Shown in pieces: positions 50,247-61,058 of a DNA stretch of 64,000 nucleotides. The DNA comes from an uncultured Smithella sp. (GTDB lineage: Bacteria > Desulfobacterota > Syntrophia > Syntrophales > Smithellaceae), in assembly GCA_964646755.1 (NCBI GenBank), contig CAZYIE010000001.1:4160-68159 (forward strand). The letters run 5' to 3'. Numbering within the stretch: position 1 is the first letter of the stretch; every line of letters starts with the position of its first letter. The notes under the pieces were generated by a model. The model was not told where the DNA came from, made no database searches, and was given only the letters and a program-made list of their open reading frames with translations. A program made the position numbers and the translations under genes.

Positions 50247-51167
50247 ATGGGCGGCAAAAAGAAAATTACAGAGGTGCTCGACTATACCTGCGGAAAAATA
50301 TTTTATGATGAGCCGATGTCGCGGCATACATCTCTTAAAGTGGGCGGCAATGCCGATGCCCTGGTTATAATTGAAAGTGAAGATCAACTAAAGCTAATTG
50401 TCAGGAAACTAAAAACGGCGGAAATCAATTATCTGCCGGCGGGAAACCTAACTAATATCATTGTTCGGGACGGCGGATACCGTGGAGCAATTTTACTGAT
50501 GAGTGGACTTCATGAAATAAATTACGAGCAAATGCCGGACGGTGCACATAATATCTGCGCCCAGGCCGGTGCTGCGCTGTCTTCGGTGGTAGGACTATCT
50601 GCAGCGCACAAATTGACTGGGTGCGAGTTTTGCGCGGGTATCCCCGGCAGTGTTGGTGGCGCTGTGTGGATGAATGCCGGCGCCTTCGGGGTAGAAGTAA
50701 AGGATGTTGTAACGGACGTTGCTCTGCTTAACGCTGACAGTGAAAAATTGATTCTGAAAAGAGAAGAAATAGTCTTTAACTACCGCCGGACTGTTTTGCC
50801 CCAGGAAACAATAATTCTTTATGCCCGGTTAAAATTAGAAAAAGGTGACCGCAAAAAAATCCAGGAGAAAATAAGCGAAATCATGCAGACGCGCCGGGAA
50901 AAACATCCGCTTACATATCCCAATGCCGGATCTATTTTTAAAAATTTACCGGGAATGCCTGCCGGTCGGATTATTGAGGAAATTGGTCTTAAGGGAAAAT
51001 TCTTCGGAGACGCAGAAGTTTCACAAAAGCATGCCAACTTTATTGTGAATAAAGGCAAGGCTACTGCAACCGATGTTCTGGCATTGATAGGCCTCATAGC
51101 GGACAAAGCTAAAAAAGAAAAAGGAATTGATCTGGAGACGGAAGTCATCGTTATTGGAGATAATTAG
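50247..51167 (+). CDS. murB: UDP-N-acetylenolpyruvoylglucosamine reductase
   Basis: FAD-binding domain (TSLKVGGNAD), GSIFKNP-type motif and HANFIVN. Confidence 0.9.
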   Translation: MGGKKKITEVLDYTCGKIFYDEPMSRHTSLKVGGNADALVIIESEDQLKLIVRKLKTAEINYLPAGNLTNIIVRDGGYRGAILLMSGLHEINYEQMPDGAHNICAQAGAALSSVVGLSAAHKLTGCEFCAGIPGSVGGAVWMNAGAFGVEVKDVVTDVALLNADSEKLILKREEIVFNYRRTVLPQETIILYARLKLEKGDRKKIQEKISEIMQTRREKHPLTYPNAGSIFKNLPGMPAGRIIEEIGLKGKFFGDAEVSQKHANFIVNKGKATATDVLALIGLIADKAKKEKGIDLETEVIVIGDN

Positions 51168-52012
51168 TGCCGAAGAAATTAAAAACAAGCATTGCTGCTA
51201 AAAAGAACCGCCTGCGCCGGCGCATTACTAATGGCATTGGTGAATTTGCCGGTGCGATGGGTTTATTGTTTTCTGTTGCCGTGCTTTGCCTCACATTTAT
51301 TTATGCGTACAGTTATTTGTTGAGCATGCCCTATTTTGAGATCAAAGAAGTATCTGTGCGCGGGTTAAAGGAATTAACGGAAAAAGACATTTTATCGCTG
51401 GCAGCGATTTCGCCGCAACAAAACCTGCTGGCCGTTAATACCGAGGACTTGGTGAAACGTGTTTCCGCCAATCCCTGGGTAAAAAATATTTATGCAGGCA
51501 GGGAACTGCCTAACAGGCTGGTACTGGAAGTTCGGGAAAGGAATCCTGTGGCTATGGTCAGGCAGGCCAGCGATTTTTATCTCATGGATAACGAAGGTTT
51601 TATTTTTAAGAAATTGGGAAAAGGCGATGAAGTCGATTTGCCTATTCTTACCGGAATCGATGGTAAAGAAAAGGGAAAATCCAAATTATTGCTGAGTACA
51701 CTCAATTTGTTGAAAGCGATGTCCGCTTCCGGACGGTATAATTATCTGGGGGCAATATCGGAAGTTAACGTTGATGATGTTTTTGGGCTTTCTCTGCTGA
51801 CCGATGCAGGTCTTTACCTGAAGCTCGGTAAGGATAATTACGAAAACAAATTGAAGCAATTAAATGTGGTTATGGCAGATATGGAAAAAAGAGGCATGAG
51901 AAAAGGTTATATCTTTGTAGATATATGTGATGTTACCAAGATCACCATTACGCATAAAAATACTACGGGACGGCCGGAGACGGGGAAAAAAGGCAAACAA
52001 TACCGGACGTGA
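51167..52012 (+). CDS. ftsQ: Cell division protein FtsQ (POTRA)
   Basis: Single TM segment followed by a POTRA domain (FEIKEVSVRGLKELTEKDI). The GTG start overlaps the murB stop by 1 nt. Confidence 0.8.
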   Translation: MPKKLKTSIAAKKNRLRRRITNGIGEFAGAMGLLFSVAVLCLTFIYAYSYLLSMPYFEIKEVSVRGLKELTEKDILSLAAISPQQNLLAVNTEDLVKRVSANPWVKNIYAGRELPNRLVLEVRERNPVAMVRQASDFYLMDNEGFIFKKLGKGDEVDLPILTGIDGKEKGKSKLLLSTLNLLKAMSASGRYNYLGAISEVNVDDVFGLSLLTDAGLYLKLGKDNYENKLKQLNVVMADMEKRGMRKGYIFVDICDVTKITITHKNTTGRPETGKKGKQYRT

Positions 52013-52060
52013 AACGCGGCGTGTGCGCTGCGTATTTTAAAAAAGGTGGAGAAGAAGCTG

Positions 52061-53287
52061 ATGGGCAGAAGAAGCAATGTTCTAGTAGGGATCGATATTG
52101 GAACGACAAAGACGACAGCTATTGTTGGTGAGGTGACAGATACCGGCATAAATATTATCGGTATCGGCACATCACCGGCCAAGGAATTAAGGAAAGGTGT
52201 TGTTGTCAATATTGAAAGCACTGTGGAGGCTATAAAAAAAGCTATTGATGAGGCTGAACATATGTCGGGATGCCGCATTAATTCGGCTTATGTCGGCGTA
52301 GCCGGCAGCCATATCAAAGGGCAGAACTCACTGGGTATCGTTGCCATTAAAGGCAGGGAAGTTGGTGAAGAAGATGTCCAAAGGGCAATTGAAGCTTCCA
52401 AAGCCATTGCGATTCCAGTGGACAGGGAAATCCTGCATACACTGCCGCAAAATTATGTCGTTGATGGACAGGATGGGATCAGAGATCCGGTCGGAATGTC
52501 CGGTGTCCGTTTGGAGGCGAAAGTCCACATTGTTACGGGAGCTGCGGCTGCGATTCAGAACATTGTAAAATCGGTCAACCGTGTAGGTCTGGATATTGAA
52601 GATGTTGTCTTGGAGCAATTGGCGGCAAGTGAAGCCGTGCTTAGCACCGATGAAAAAGATTTGGGTGTAGTTCTGATTGATATTGGCGGTTCCAACACAG
52701 GCATTGCAATTTTTTCCGAGGGGAGCATCAAACATACAGCCATACTGCCGGTCGGCGGCAACTATTTAACTTCTGATATTGCCACAGGGTTGCGTACGCC
52801 GTTTAATGAAGCGGAAAAAATTAAAATTAAATACGGCTGTGCCCTAACAGTAATGATTCCTAAAGAAGAAACAATTGAGGTTCCCAGCGTCGGCGGCCGG
52901 GAAGCCCGTGAAGTATCGCGCCAGATATTAGGCAGAATTATCGAGCCCAGGATGGAAGAGATACTTAATATGGCGTCTAAGGAAGTTGTCCGGTCCGGTT
53001 TTGAAGACTTGCTGGCGGCGGGAGTTGTTCTGACCGGCGGTACATCGCTTTTGACCGGTATCAATGAATTGGCCGAACAGATATTTGATATGCCGGTGCG
53101 CAGCGGAATCCCGTCAGGCATGGGAGGGCTGTCCGATGTTGTGAATTCTCCGGCATACGCTACCGGAGTCGGGTTAATCATTTACGGCAGCAGGAAATTA
53201 TCCGGTGATTCTGTTTATCGAAGAACCGGAAATATATTCAGCAATATGATCAAAACAATAAAAAAATGGTTTTTAGAATTTTTTTGA
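52061..53287 (+). CDS. ftsA: Cell division protein FtsA
   Basis: VGIDIGTTK, an actin-like fold, and VLTGGTSLL. The ATG at 52061 follows an AAGGTGGAG RBS; the ORF opens at the GTG at 52046. Confidence 0.9.
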   Translation: MGRRSNVLVGIDIGTTKTTAIVGEVTDTGINIIGIGTSPAKELRKGVVVNIESTVEAIKKAIDEAEHMSGCRINSAYVGVAGSHIKGQNSLGIVAIKGREVGEEDVQRAIEASKAIAIPVDREILHTLPQNYVVDGQDGIRDPVGMSGVRLEAKVHIVTGAAAAIQNIVKSVNRVGLDIEDVVLEQLAASEAVLSTDEKDLGVVLIDIGGSNTGIAIFSEGSIKHTAILPVGGNYLTSDIATGLRTPFNEAEKIKIKYGCALTVMIPKEETIEVPSVGGREAREVSRQILGRIIEPRMEEILNMASKEVVRSGFEDLLAAGVVLTGGTSLLTGINELAEQIFDMPVRSGIPSGMGGLSDVVNSPAYATGVGLIIYGSRKLSGDSVYRRTGNIFSNMIKTIKKWFLEFF

Positions 53288-53296
53288 AAGGAAGGG

Positions 53297-54454
53297 ATGC
53301 CCATGTTTGAATTGACAGAAGTGTGTAGTCAAAATTCGGCAAAAATTAAGGTAATTGGAGTAGGAGGGGGCGGAGGCAACGCCGTTAATACAATGATTTC
53401 ATGCTCCTTGCGCGGAGTGGATTTCATGATCGCTAATACGGATGCGCAGGCGTTGGGCGCATCGTGTTCGCCGGTCAAAATCCAGATTGGTACGGAGATA
53501 ACAAAAGGTCTGGGTGCTGGTTCTAATCCGGAAGTCGGCAAAAAATCAGCTTTGGAATCACGTGACCAGCTGCGGCAGTATCTGGAAGGATCGGATATGA
53601 TTTTTATTACGGCAGGACTTGGCGGCGGTACGGGAACGGGCGCGGCGCCGATTATTGCGGAGATTGCCCGTGAATGCAGTGCATTGACGGTTGCCGTCGT
53701 CACTAAACCCTTTCAGTTTGAAGGCAAAAAACGCAATATGCAAGCGGAAGAAGGAATTGCCCTTTTACGTGATACAGTCGATACACTGATTGTTGTTCCC
53801 AATCAGCGGCTGCTTTCCCTGGGTGGCCGGAACCTGTCTCTTTTGGAAGCATTCAAGAAAGCGGATGATATTCTTTATCAGGCGGTCAAAGGCATTTCCG
53901 ATTTAATTATTGTTCCGGGTCTTATTAATCTCGATTTTGCAGATGTAAAAAATGTTATGAGCAATATGGGCATGGCGCTGATGGGCACGGGCGTTGCGTC
54001 CGGCGAAAATCGCGCAGTAGAAGCGGCGCAAAGGGCAATTTCTTCTCCGCTTCTGGAAGACAATACGATTCAAGGAGCGCATGGTATACTGCTGAGCATT
54101 ACCGGTGGGCCGGATATGAGTCTTTATGAAGTTAATGAAGCTTCATCGTTGATTCAGGCGGAAGCTCATGAAGATGCCAACATTATCTTTGGTACTGTTA
54201 TTGATGAAAATATGGGGGATGAAATTCGTATTACTGTTATTGCCACCGGGTTTGATGATGTTATGAAAAGAAAGCAAGCTCCGGACAATGTAACTCATCT
54301 GGGCGGCTTCCGGCGGGAAGATTTATCAACGCCGGCTTTTATGCGCCGGGAAAAAACCCGCGATAACGCCAATGTTGTCACTCTGGGCATTAACGATGAA
54401 ACCGACAACGTTGATATTGAGATTCCAACGTTTTTACGCAGACAGGCCGATTAA
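53297..54454 (+). CDS. ftsZ: Cell division GTPase FtsZ
   Basis: [21 protein letters not shown] and NLDFADV, with the conserved C-terminal peptide [11 protein letters not shown]. Confidence 0.95.
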   Translation: MPMFELTEVCSQNSAKIKVIGVGGGGGNAVNTMISCSLRGVDFMIANTDAQALGASCSPVKIQIGTEITKGLGAGSNPEVGKKSALESRDQLRQYLEGSDMIFITAGLGGGTGTGAAPIIAEIARECSALTVAVVTKPFQFEGKKRNMQAEEGIALLRDTVDTLIVVPNQRLLSLGGRNLSLLEAFKKADDILYQAVKGISDLIIVPGLINLDFADVKNVMSNMGMALMGTGVASGENRAVEAAQRAISSPLLEDNTIQGAHGILLSITGGPDMSLYEVNEASSLIQAEAHEDANIIFGTVIDENMGDEIRITVIATGFDDVMKRKQAPDNVTHLGGFRREDLSTPAFMRREKTRDNANVVTLGINDETDNVDIEIPTFLRRQAD

Positions 54455-54460
54455 AAAAAC

Positions 54461-56158
54461 GTGAATTGGAAACTGAAAAAACAATATACAACCCTTTTAG
54501 AACAGGAAAGGGGCTATGTAAAAAAAAATTGGGGCACAGATAATACAGTTTGCCTTGCCTATCCTCATTATTACCGCACGGGCATGTCGAATTTGGGCTT
54601 CCAGACAGTTTATAAAATATTTAACGAACAACCATCCTTCCTTTGTGAAAGAGTATTTCTGCCCGCAGCCGGTGACGAAGCCGAATTTGCCGCCAGGCTG
54701 CGGGCAGATTTTGTAAGTTACGAGAATCAAAGACCGATTGCTGAATTTGACATACTGGCTTTTTCCTTATCCTTCGAAAACGATTATCCTAATATTTTAA
54801 CGATGCTGGAAGTGGCAGGCATTCCGCTTATGGCGAACGAGCGTTTCGAAAATTATCCGCTGATTGTAGGCGGCGGTATTGCCGCAACATTGAATCCGGA
54901 GCCAATCGCCGGTTTTTTTGATTTATTCATCTTGGGCGAGGCTGAAGAATCATTGCCAGTATTTGCCCGCATTTTTGAAGAAGCCCGCCGCTGCGGACTT
55001 AGCCGTCAGGATATGCTGATCAAAATGCAAAAAACGCTGCCGCAGGCTTATGTTCCCGATCTTTATGAAGTTAAATATTCCGCAGATAGTAAGATTATAG
55101 CAACCGCAGCGATTGTGCCTGGAATGCCTGCAAGAATAAAGATTTGTCCAGTAAAAGATATCAACTGTTTTTGTACAGAAGAGGTTATCAGTGCCCCCCG
55201 GACGGAAATGGAGGATATGTGTCTTGTCGAAGTAAACAGGGGATGTGCCCGCGCCTGCCGGTTTTGTGCAGCCAGTTTTGTTTATCGCCCCGTGCGTTTC
55301 CGCAGCTATGAAAAGATTGCTTTGGCCATAGATCGCGGGCTCACGAAAAAGAAAAAAATAGGTCTGGTGGGTACGGCTGTATCCGATCATCCCGATCTTT
55401 CTCGAATCTGTGAGTATATTTTAGCGAAGAATGGCCAGGCCGGAATCGGTTCGCTTCGAGTTGATCAAATTAATGAATCAATTGTTCGGCTTCTCAAAGC
55501 CAATGGCATTGAAACAGTGGCACTGGCGCCGGAGGCGGGCAGTCAGAGGCTACGCGATTTGCTGCGCAAAGGAATTATCGAAGAAGATATTTTGCGTTCT
55601 GTCGCACTGCTGATAGAAAATGAAATACCAAATTTGCGTTTATACTTCATGATTGGTCTGCCTACGGAGGAAGAAAAAGATATTGAGGCAATCATTGATC
55701 TTACCAAAAAAATTCAGCAGTATGTCTTGCAGCATACATCGGGTAAAAGAATATTCCGCAGTATTACTCTCAGTATTAATCAGTTTATTCCCAAACCGTC
55801 AACGCCCCTGCAATGGTGCGCGCTTGACGATGTAAATTCCGTCGGTAAGAAAATCAAGAAGATAGTCAGCGCTTTTGGCCCCGACAAGCAAATCAAGGTC
55901 ATTCACGATGTGCCGAAATGGAATTATGTTCAGGCACTGCTGTCCTTGGGTGACCGCAAGGTGGGCGAGATACTGCTGGCTGTTCATCGACTCCGCGGTA
56001 ACTGGGCGCAGGCACTCAAGGAAGTTAATGTGAACGCTGATTTCTACGTTTACCGTCAAAAGCAATTTGACGAAATTCTGCCTTGGGATATTGTTGATCT
56101 GGGTACCTCCAAAAGAGCACTTATCCGCGAGTGCAAAAAAGCACTGGAAGGGAAATGA
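54461..56158 (+). CDS. B12-binding-domain radical SAM protein (TIGR03960-like)
   Basis: YRTGMSNLGFQ...CERVFLP N-terminus and a radical SAM cluster motif, RGCARACRFC. Length is 565 aa. Confidence 0.8.
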   Translation: MNWKLKKQYTTLLEQERGYVKKNWGTDNTVCLAYPHYYRTGMSNLGFQTVYKIFNEQPSFLCERVFLPAAGDEAEFAARLRADFVSYENQRPIAEFDILAFSLSFENDYPNILTMLEVAGIPLMANERFENYPLIVGGGIAATLNPEPIAGFFDLFILGEAEESLPVFARIFEEARRCGLSRQDMLIKMQKTLPQAYVPDLYEVKYSADSKIIATAAIVPGMPARIKICPVKDINCFCTEEVISAPRTEMEDMCLVEVNRGCARACRFCAASFVYRPVRFRSYEKIALAIDRGLTKKKKIGLVGTAVSDHPDLSRICEYILAKNGQAGIGSLRVDQINESIVRLLKANGIETVALAPEAGSQRLRDLLRKGIIEEDILRSVALLIENEIPNLRLYFMIGLPTEEEKDIEAIIDLTKKIQQYVLQHTSGKRIFRSITLSINQFIPKPSTPLQWCALDDVNSVGKKIKKIVSAFGPDKQIKVIHDVPKWNYVQALLSLGDRKVGEILLAVHRLRGNWAQALKEVNVNADFYVYRQKQFDEILPWDIVDLGTSKRALIRECKKALEGK

Positions 56159-56239
56159 TGATGAGCAATCTCGAAATGCAGCCAGCTGGGTGTTATCGTC
56201 CACAGAATTAATTGCTGAATTTGCTGATAAGGCCAATGG

Positions 56240-57139
56240 ATGATGAAAATTAAAAATATATCTGATCTTCCCTATCTTCTTCTTGTCCTCGCATCTATTT
56301 TCTGGTCGGGTAATACTATTGTCGGGAGGCTGGTGCATGAAAATATTCCGCCCCTTGGCCTTTCCTTCTGGAGGTGGCTTACGGCCTCTGTAATCATTTA
56401 TTTTATTGCCCGGTCTCATTTAAGACGAGAATGGCCGCTGATTAAGAAAAACTTACTCCTGCTCCTTTTACTTTCCTTTTTAAGTGTTTCCACATTTAAT
56501 CCTTTGATCTATACGGGGCTGCAATGGACGACATCCATCAATGCCTTTCTCATCCAGGCGGTAATGCCTGCATTGATTGTGCTTATGTCATTTGCTTTTT
56601 TCAGGGAAAAGATCCGTCCCCTTCAGACAGCAGGTGTGCTTGTGTCTCTGGCCGGGGCATTAATTATCATTGCCCATGGCGATCAAAAAATTCTGCAGTC
56701 CATGTCACTGCATCAAGGCGATGTGCTGATTTTTATTGCGGTTGTCTTTTATGCCGCCTATTCTGTAATGCTCCGCAAGCTGCCCCCTATTCACCCCTTG
56801 AGTTCTGCTGCTGTCATCTTTATTATTGGCGCTTTAACGCTCTTGCCTCCGTATATCTGGGAGACGGTTTATGTCCGTGCTATGCCGCTAAATCTTTCAA
56901 GTGTTATGGCTGTGGGATATGTGGCAGTTTTTGCATCGGTTATAGCTTATCTCTGTTATAACCGGGGGGTGGAACTGGCAGGAGCAAATCGTGCTGGCAT
57001 GTTTATTTATCTCATGCCCGTGTTTGGGAGTGTTATGGCAATCGTGTTCCTCGGCGAGAGCCTGGAGTGGTTTCATTTTGCTGGTATTTTTCTGATAATA
57101 TCCGGGATTCTTCTGGTAACGAGGAGGAATGATTTGTAG
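56240..57139 (+). CDS. DMT-superfamily transporter (EamA domains)
   Basis: Ten predicted TM helices in two EamA-like halves. Length is 299 aa. Confidence 0.8.
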   Translation: MMKIKNISDLPYLLLVLASIFWSGNTIVGRLVHENIPPLGLSFWRWLTASVIIYFIARSHLRREWPLIKKNLLLLLLLSFLSVSTFNPLIYTGLQWTTSINAFLIQAVMPALIVLMSFAFFREKIRPLQTAGVLVSLAGALIIIAHGDQKILQSMSLHQGDVLIFIAVVFYAAYSVMLRKLPPIHPLSSAAVIFIIGALTLLPPYIWETVYVRAMPLNLSSVMAVGYVAVFASVIAYLCYNRGVELAGANRAGMFIYLMPVFGSVMAIVFLGESLEWFHFAGIFLIISGILLVTRRNDL

Positions 57140-57142
57140 TAT

Positions 57143-57265
57143 TTGATAAAACATTTTCAGAATAAGGAAGCTGTTCTTGAAGATGCAATCAAATATCTGG
57201 CAGGATGGTTTGCAAAACATGCATCTGGACAAGATAAACTTGTTGGAGCGTCTCTGAAGAAACGG
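57143..57265 (+). pseudogene. Possible relic of a bacteriohemerythrin C-terminal helix
   Basis: AIKYLAGWFAKHASGQDKLVGASL follows the hemerythrin terminal pattern fL..W...H....DK..g.fl (H-x4-D iron ligands). There is no N-terminal part and no ATG. Confidence 0.2.
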
Positions 57266-57329
57266 AAGACATGGCGAGAAATAATGCCCTCATCATGTCT
57301 TCCGGCCTATTTTTATAATATGTGAAAAA

Positions 57330-59495
57330 TTATTTTTCCAGTTTCAATCCCTTTTTGAGCTTTTCAATTAAAATCTCTTCTTCTTTGGTGTACTTGCCGT
57401 CAATAACGCAAAGACGACGGGCGATTCCCAGCGCGTCCATCCGGTCATCTTTGTTTTTAAGAATAATAGACAGTGCATTGATTGCCCGGTCTTCATCCGC
57501 CTGAAGGATTGCCGCCTGTTCCTTAAGAATCTTTTTGAATTTGGAGGGGCGAATTTTCCCCAGTACTTTGTGTGTTGCGGCGATTTCCTGGGCAAAATCA
57601 AAATGTCGGCGCTTTATGCCGTGGCCAATCCTGGCCACTGCCATAAAGACACGAATCAGGCCTTCAGCCACACCGCCTTCTTCCAGAGCCAGCATTCTCT
57701 TGTCATAATCTTCCCGATCACTGGCGGAAATTTCTTGCGGGATTTCTTCTTTCGCCGGCAGGAAGAGATTTCTGAGCAGATTGCTGCCATAAATCTGCCG
57801 GAACAATAGCTCCTGTTTGCGGTCACGGTGATCCCGGTAGATATTCAATACGCTTTCGATATATTCGGAAAAATCTTTTTCCATGGCGACCAGTGGATTA
57901 TCGGGAGAGGCAGGCTTTCTTTTTTGGCGAACGACAGAGGCGATATTTTTTAGCGGCCGCATCAGAGGATTAATGTCACCAAATATATAGCGATTTAGCC
58001 TTAAAGGATGAAGGTTCCGCATAATTTCTGCGGAAAGTTCCGTTGTATATAATTTAACCCAGGGACGCACCATAAGCTGGTACATGCGGTCATTTGCTTC
58101 CGAAACCTTCGCTACGACGCTAAAATCTTCCTCGTCTTCAGTACCATCATCATAGGCCGCAATATCGGCAAATGTTCGTTCTTCATACCTGGTGGTAAAA
58201 TCACCGCTTTTAACATCTCCTTCAATGATCATCTCATAGAGACCGGGTGCCATGAAATCTATCATGTCGAAATTGGCAATAATCTCATGGTGTTCCTTTT
58301 TGGCGACAGAGCCGGCGACAAATATTCCCAGATGGCCGATATCCTTATGGACGATATAAATTATTACCTGCCCATGTCTCTTGATATCATCCACAGAGCT
58401 GTATACGCGGGGAATCCAATTGAGCGCCTGCTGGGCGGGAGTAATGTTGTCGCCCAGGGAGGCAAAAACGATGATCGGGTTTTCGATATTCTTTAGGCTG
58501 ATCTTTTCTCCTTCACGTAGTTCCAGTTGACCGCGCTCCAGTTTATTGCCGACAAAAAGATTATTGACGATAAAGTGAATTTCTGCAGTGGTCATCATGA
58601 AGAAACCACCCCACCACTTTTCAAAAGACAGATAACGATCTTCTTCGGTATCTACCTGCGAATAGACGTTATAACGTTTTGACCAGAGTGTGTTGGCCGG
58701 ATTTAAACCTTCAAAATTGGATACCAGATTAGCACCGTCAAAAACACCGTTGCCCAGATCGCTTAAAAAAGAATTAACCCAAACGCCGCCGACGAGACCT
58801 CCTTTATAACGCATTGGGTTCGCACCTGATACCCCGCTCCAGTAGGACAGTGGGGCGCCGTTTAATATCAATGGTCCGGTAACATCAGGCCGATCGGCAC
58901 AAAGCAGTGCTGCCGCCCATCCAGCCTGACAGTTACCCATTATCGCGGGGGCATCGGCATAGGGATGCATTTCGGCAATTTTTTCCATGAATTTGGCCAT
59001 TGCTTCTTCCACATCAGCCAGAGTTTGGCCGGGGATGGGTTCGGTAAAAAAAAGAATGAAATAAACCGGATGACCATTATTCAATGCCATCCCGATTTCC
59101 GAATCTCTTTTAGAACCACCAATTCCAGGGCCGTGACCGGCGCGGGGGTCGATAATGACAATGGGACGTTTAGGTATTGCCGGAGGCAATTTGCTTGCAT
59201 GGCGGCGATTATCATTATCAGGCAGAGGATCATTTTTTTTACGGCGATCAGTAATTCGTACCAGCGCATAATTTGCGGGATGCGGAAAATTCTTGGCGTT
59301 GAGAATCATTTCATAATTAAAAATGAGAACCGGAGGCTGGCCGCTACGGATATGCTTGATATAGTTATTCCCTCTTTTGCGCAGAATATCAGTGAAGATG
59401 ATCGACCTTTGCATTGAATCAACAATATATTCACTGGCATGAGACTGCCAATCCGCCAACAACTTCGAGTTCTGGGTATTAAATAATTTATCCAT
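57330..59495 (-). CDS. DUF3141-family protein (alpha/beta-hydrolase-like, PhaC-related annotation class)
   Basis: DPRAGHGPGIGGSKRDSEIG, GNCQAGWA, NPMRYKGGL, LNPANTLW and FEKWWGG are the conserved DUF3141 blocks. Confidence 0.8.
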   Translation of the reverse strand: MDKLFNTQNSKLLADWQSHASEYIVDSMQRSIIFTDILRKRGNNYIKHIRSGQPPVLIFNYEMILNAKNFPHPANYALVRITDRRKKNDPLPDNDNRRHASKLPPAIPKRPIVIIDPRAGHGPGIGGSKRDSEIGMALNNGHPVYFILFFTEPIPGQTLADVEEAMAKFMEKIAEMHPYADAPAIMGNCQAGWAAALLCADRPDVTGPLILNGAPLSYWSGVSGANPMRYKGGLVGGVWVNSFLSDLGNGVFDGANLVSNFEGLNPANTLWSKRYNVYSQVDTEEDRYLSFEKWWGGFFMMTTAEIHFIVNNLFVGNKLERGQLELREGEKISLKNIENPIIVFASLGDNITPAQQALNWIPRVYSSVDDIKRHGQVIIYIVHKDIGHLGIFVAGSVAKKEHHEIIANFDMIDFMAPGLYEMIIEGDVKSGDFTTRYEERTFADIAAYDDGTEDEEDFSVVAKVSEANDRMYQLMVRPWVKLYTTELSAEIMRNLHPLRLNRYIFGDINPLMRPLKNIASVVRQKRKPASPDNPLVAMEKDFSEYIESVLNIYRDHRDRKQELLFRQIYGSNLLRNLFLPAKEEIPQEISASDREDYDKRMLALEEGGVAEGLIRVFMAVARIGHGIKRRHFDFAQEIAATHKVLGKIRPSKFKKILKEQAAILQADEDRAINALSIILKNKDDRMDALGIARRLCVIDGKYTKEEEILIEKLKKGLKLEK

Positions 59496-59699
59496 GTATT
59501 CTCCTTAAATATCATCAATCAAAACAACAATACAAAAACTTATCGGTTTCAACGTTAAGGTATCAAGAGCGGTTCGGGAAGGCTGATAACAAGTTGCCTG
59601 CATTTGATAGTCTTTTTAGACACCTCGATTATGTATTATGCATTTATAATCGGTATTTACAAGCAAATATTTAACCATGCTTTTTTCATCTACTATCAT

Positions 59700-60992
59700 T
59701 CATGTAACTGTGCTTTTCCGACTGCCTTTGTAGAGCTCATATTCCAGCAGGCGGCATTCGATATCGCCGTTGTAAAGGATTGTCCTTTGTTTGGTTCTTA
59801 AGCCGACCTTCTTGATCATCTCCAGATTACCGGTAAAGATATAGCCTATATAGCCACCCTCGGTCTTTTTAAAAAAATCGCCAATTCCTTGATAAAGAGT
59901 TTCCAATTGTGCCTGTGATCCAGAGACGATGCGATTGATTTTCTCAGGCCTGTCGGTGGCTTTACGGATGATAATTTTGCGTTCGGCTAAAAATTCTGGC
60001 TTGCTAACATATTGATTTCTATTAATGATTGATCCCATGCGTTCGCCATAAGGTGGGTTTAATATAATCACACCGCCGCCTTCCGGAAGAAGAGTCTTTT
60101 CATAAGAGCAGGTATTAAATTCGATCAGGTGATCCACTCCTGCGGTTTGAGCATTATGCCTTGCTGCTAGTACTGCCTCTCTTTCCATGTCTGTAGCGAT
60201 GATCTTTACAGGTAACTTCTTTTTGGCGGTATCCCGGGCCTTCTTGCGCATCTCCTGCCAGAGTGTTTCCGGGAATCCTGAAATAAACATAAAGCCGTAA
60301 TTGTTCCGCAAAAGCCCCGGTGCGCGGTCCAGAGCGATCATTGCAGCCTCGATTGCTAATGTTCCACTACCGCACATCGGGTTAATAAATGCCCCTTCGC
60401 CATTCCAGCCGGAGGCCGCAATGACTGCTGCCGCCAGAGTTTCCTGCATGGGTGCGAGCAGAGGAATCTTGCGATATCCCCGCAACGCGAGGCGTTCTCC
60501 CGATGTGTCCAGATAAACAGACGCCTGATCGTTTTTCCAATAAACATGAATAACGGCTTTATCTTTATCCGGACCGGAATCGGGACGCAAGCCGCATTTA
60601 TCGCGTATCCGGTCCACGATGGCATCTTTTACTTTGACGTTGACGAAACGGGAATCGGTAATAAGCGGATTATCGACAATCGAGGTTACGCAAAAATAAG
60701 CCGCTTTTCCGGAGGCAGCAATTAATGTTTCCCAGGGAAAGTCATACAGGTGTCCGTAAAGAGTACCCGGAGTGCTGACGGGAATTGTTGTAAGCAGGTA
60801 CAATACTCTCTGAGCAGTGCGCAGATGGAGATTCAAAAGCAGCGTATCCTCAAGGCTGCCTTCTGTCTGGATGGCCGTATCTAACTGGGCTCGCACCGGA
60901 AATCCTAATGCTGTGATTTCTACCTGCAAATAAGGTGCGACGCCCTTGGGGCAAGTTACAAGAATAGTACTTTTCTTTTTCCAGATAGTCAT
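59700..60992 (-). CDS. THUMP-domain class I SAM-dependent RNA methyltransferase (RlmL N-terminal-half/COG0116-like)
   Basis: A THUMP region, then PMCGSGTLAIEA (SAM motif I) and NPPYGERMG (motif IV). Confidence 0.8.
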   Translation of the reverse strand: MTIWKKKSTILVTCPKGVAPYLQVEITALGFPVRAQLDTAIQTEGSLEDTLLLNLHLRTAQRVLYLLTTIPVSTPGTLYGHLYDFPWETLIAASGKAAYFCVTSIVDNPLITDSRFVNVKVKDAIVDRIRDKCGLRPDSGPDKDKAVIHVYWKNDQASVYLDTSGERLALRGYRKIPLLAPMQETLAAAVIAASGWNGEGAFINPMCGSGTLAIEAAMIALDRAPGLLRNNYGFMFISGFPETLWQEMRKKARDTAKKKLPVKIIATDMEREAVLAARHNAQTAGVDHLIEFNTCSYEKTLLPEGGGVIILNPPYGERMGSIINRNQYVSKPEFLAERKIIIRKATDRPEKINRIVSGSQAQLETLYQGIGDFFKKTEGGYIGYIFTGNLEMIKKVGLRTKQRTILYNGDIECRLLEYELYKGSRKSTVT

Positions 60993-61058
60993 GATTATTT
61001 TGTAACACAGTATGGGTATTTTGATAAGGACTATCTGACGGCTGTATGCTAAGTGTCC

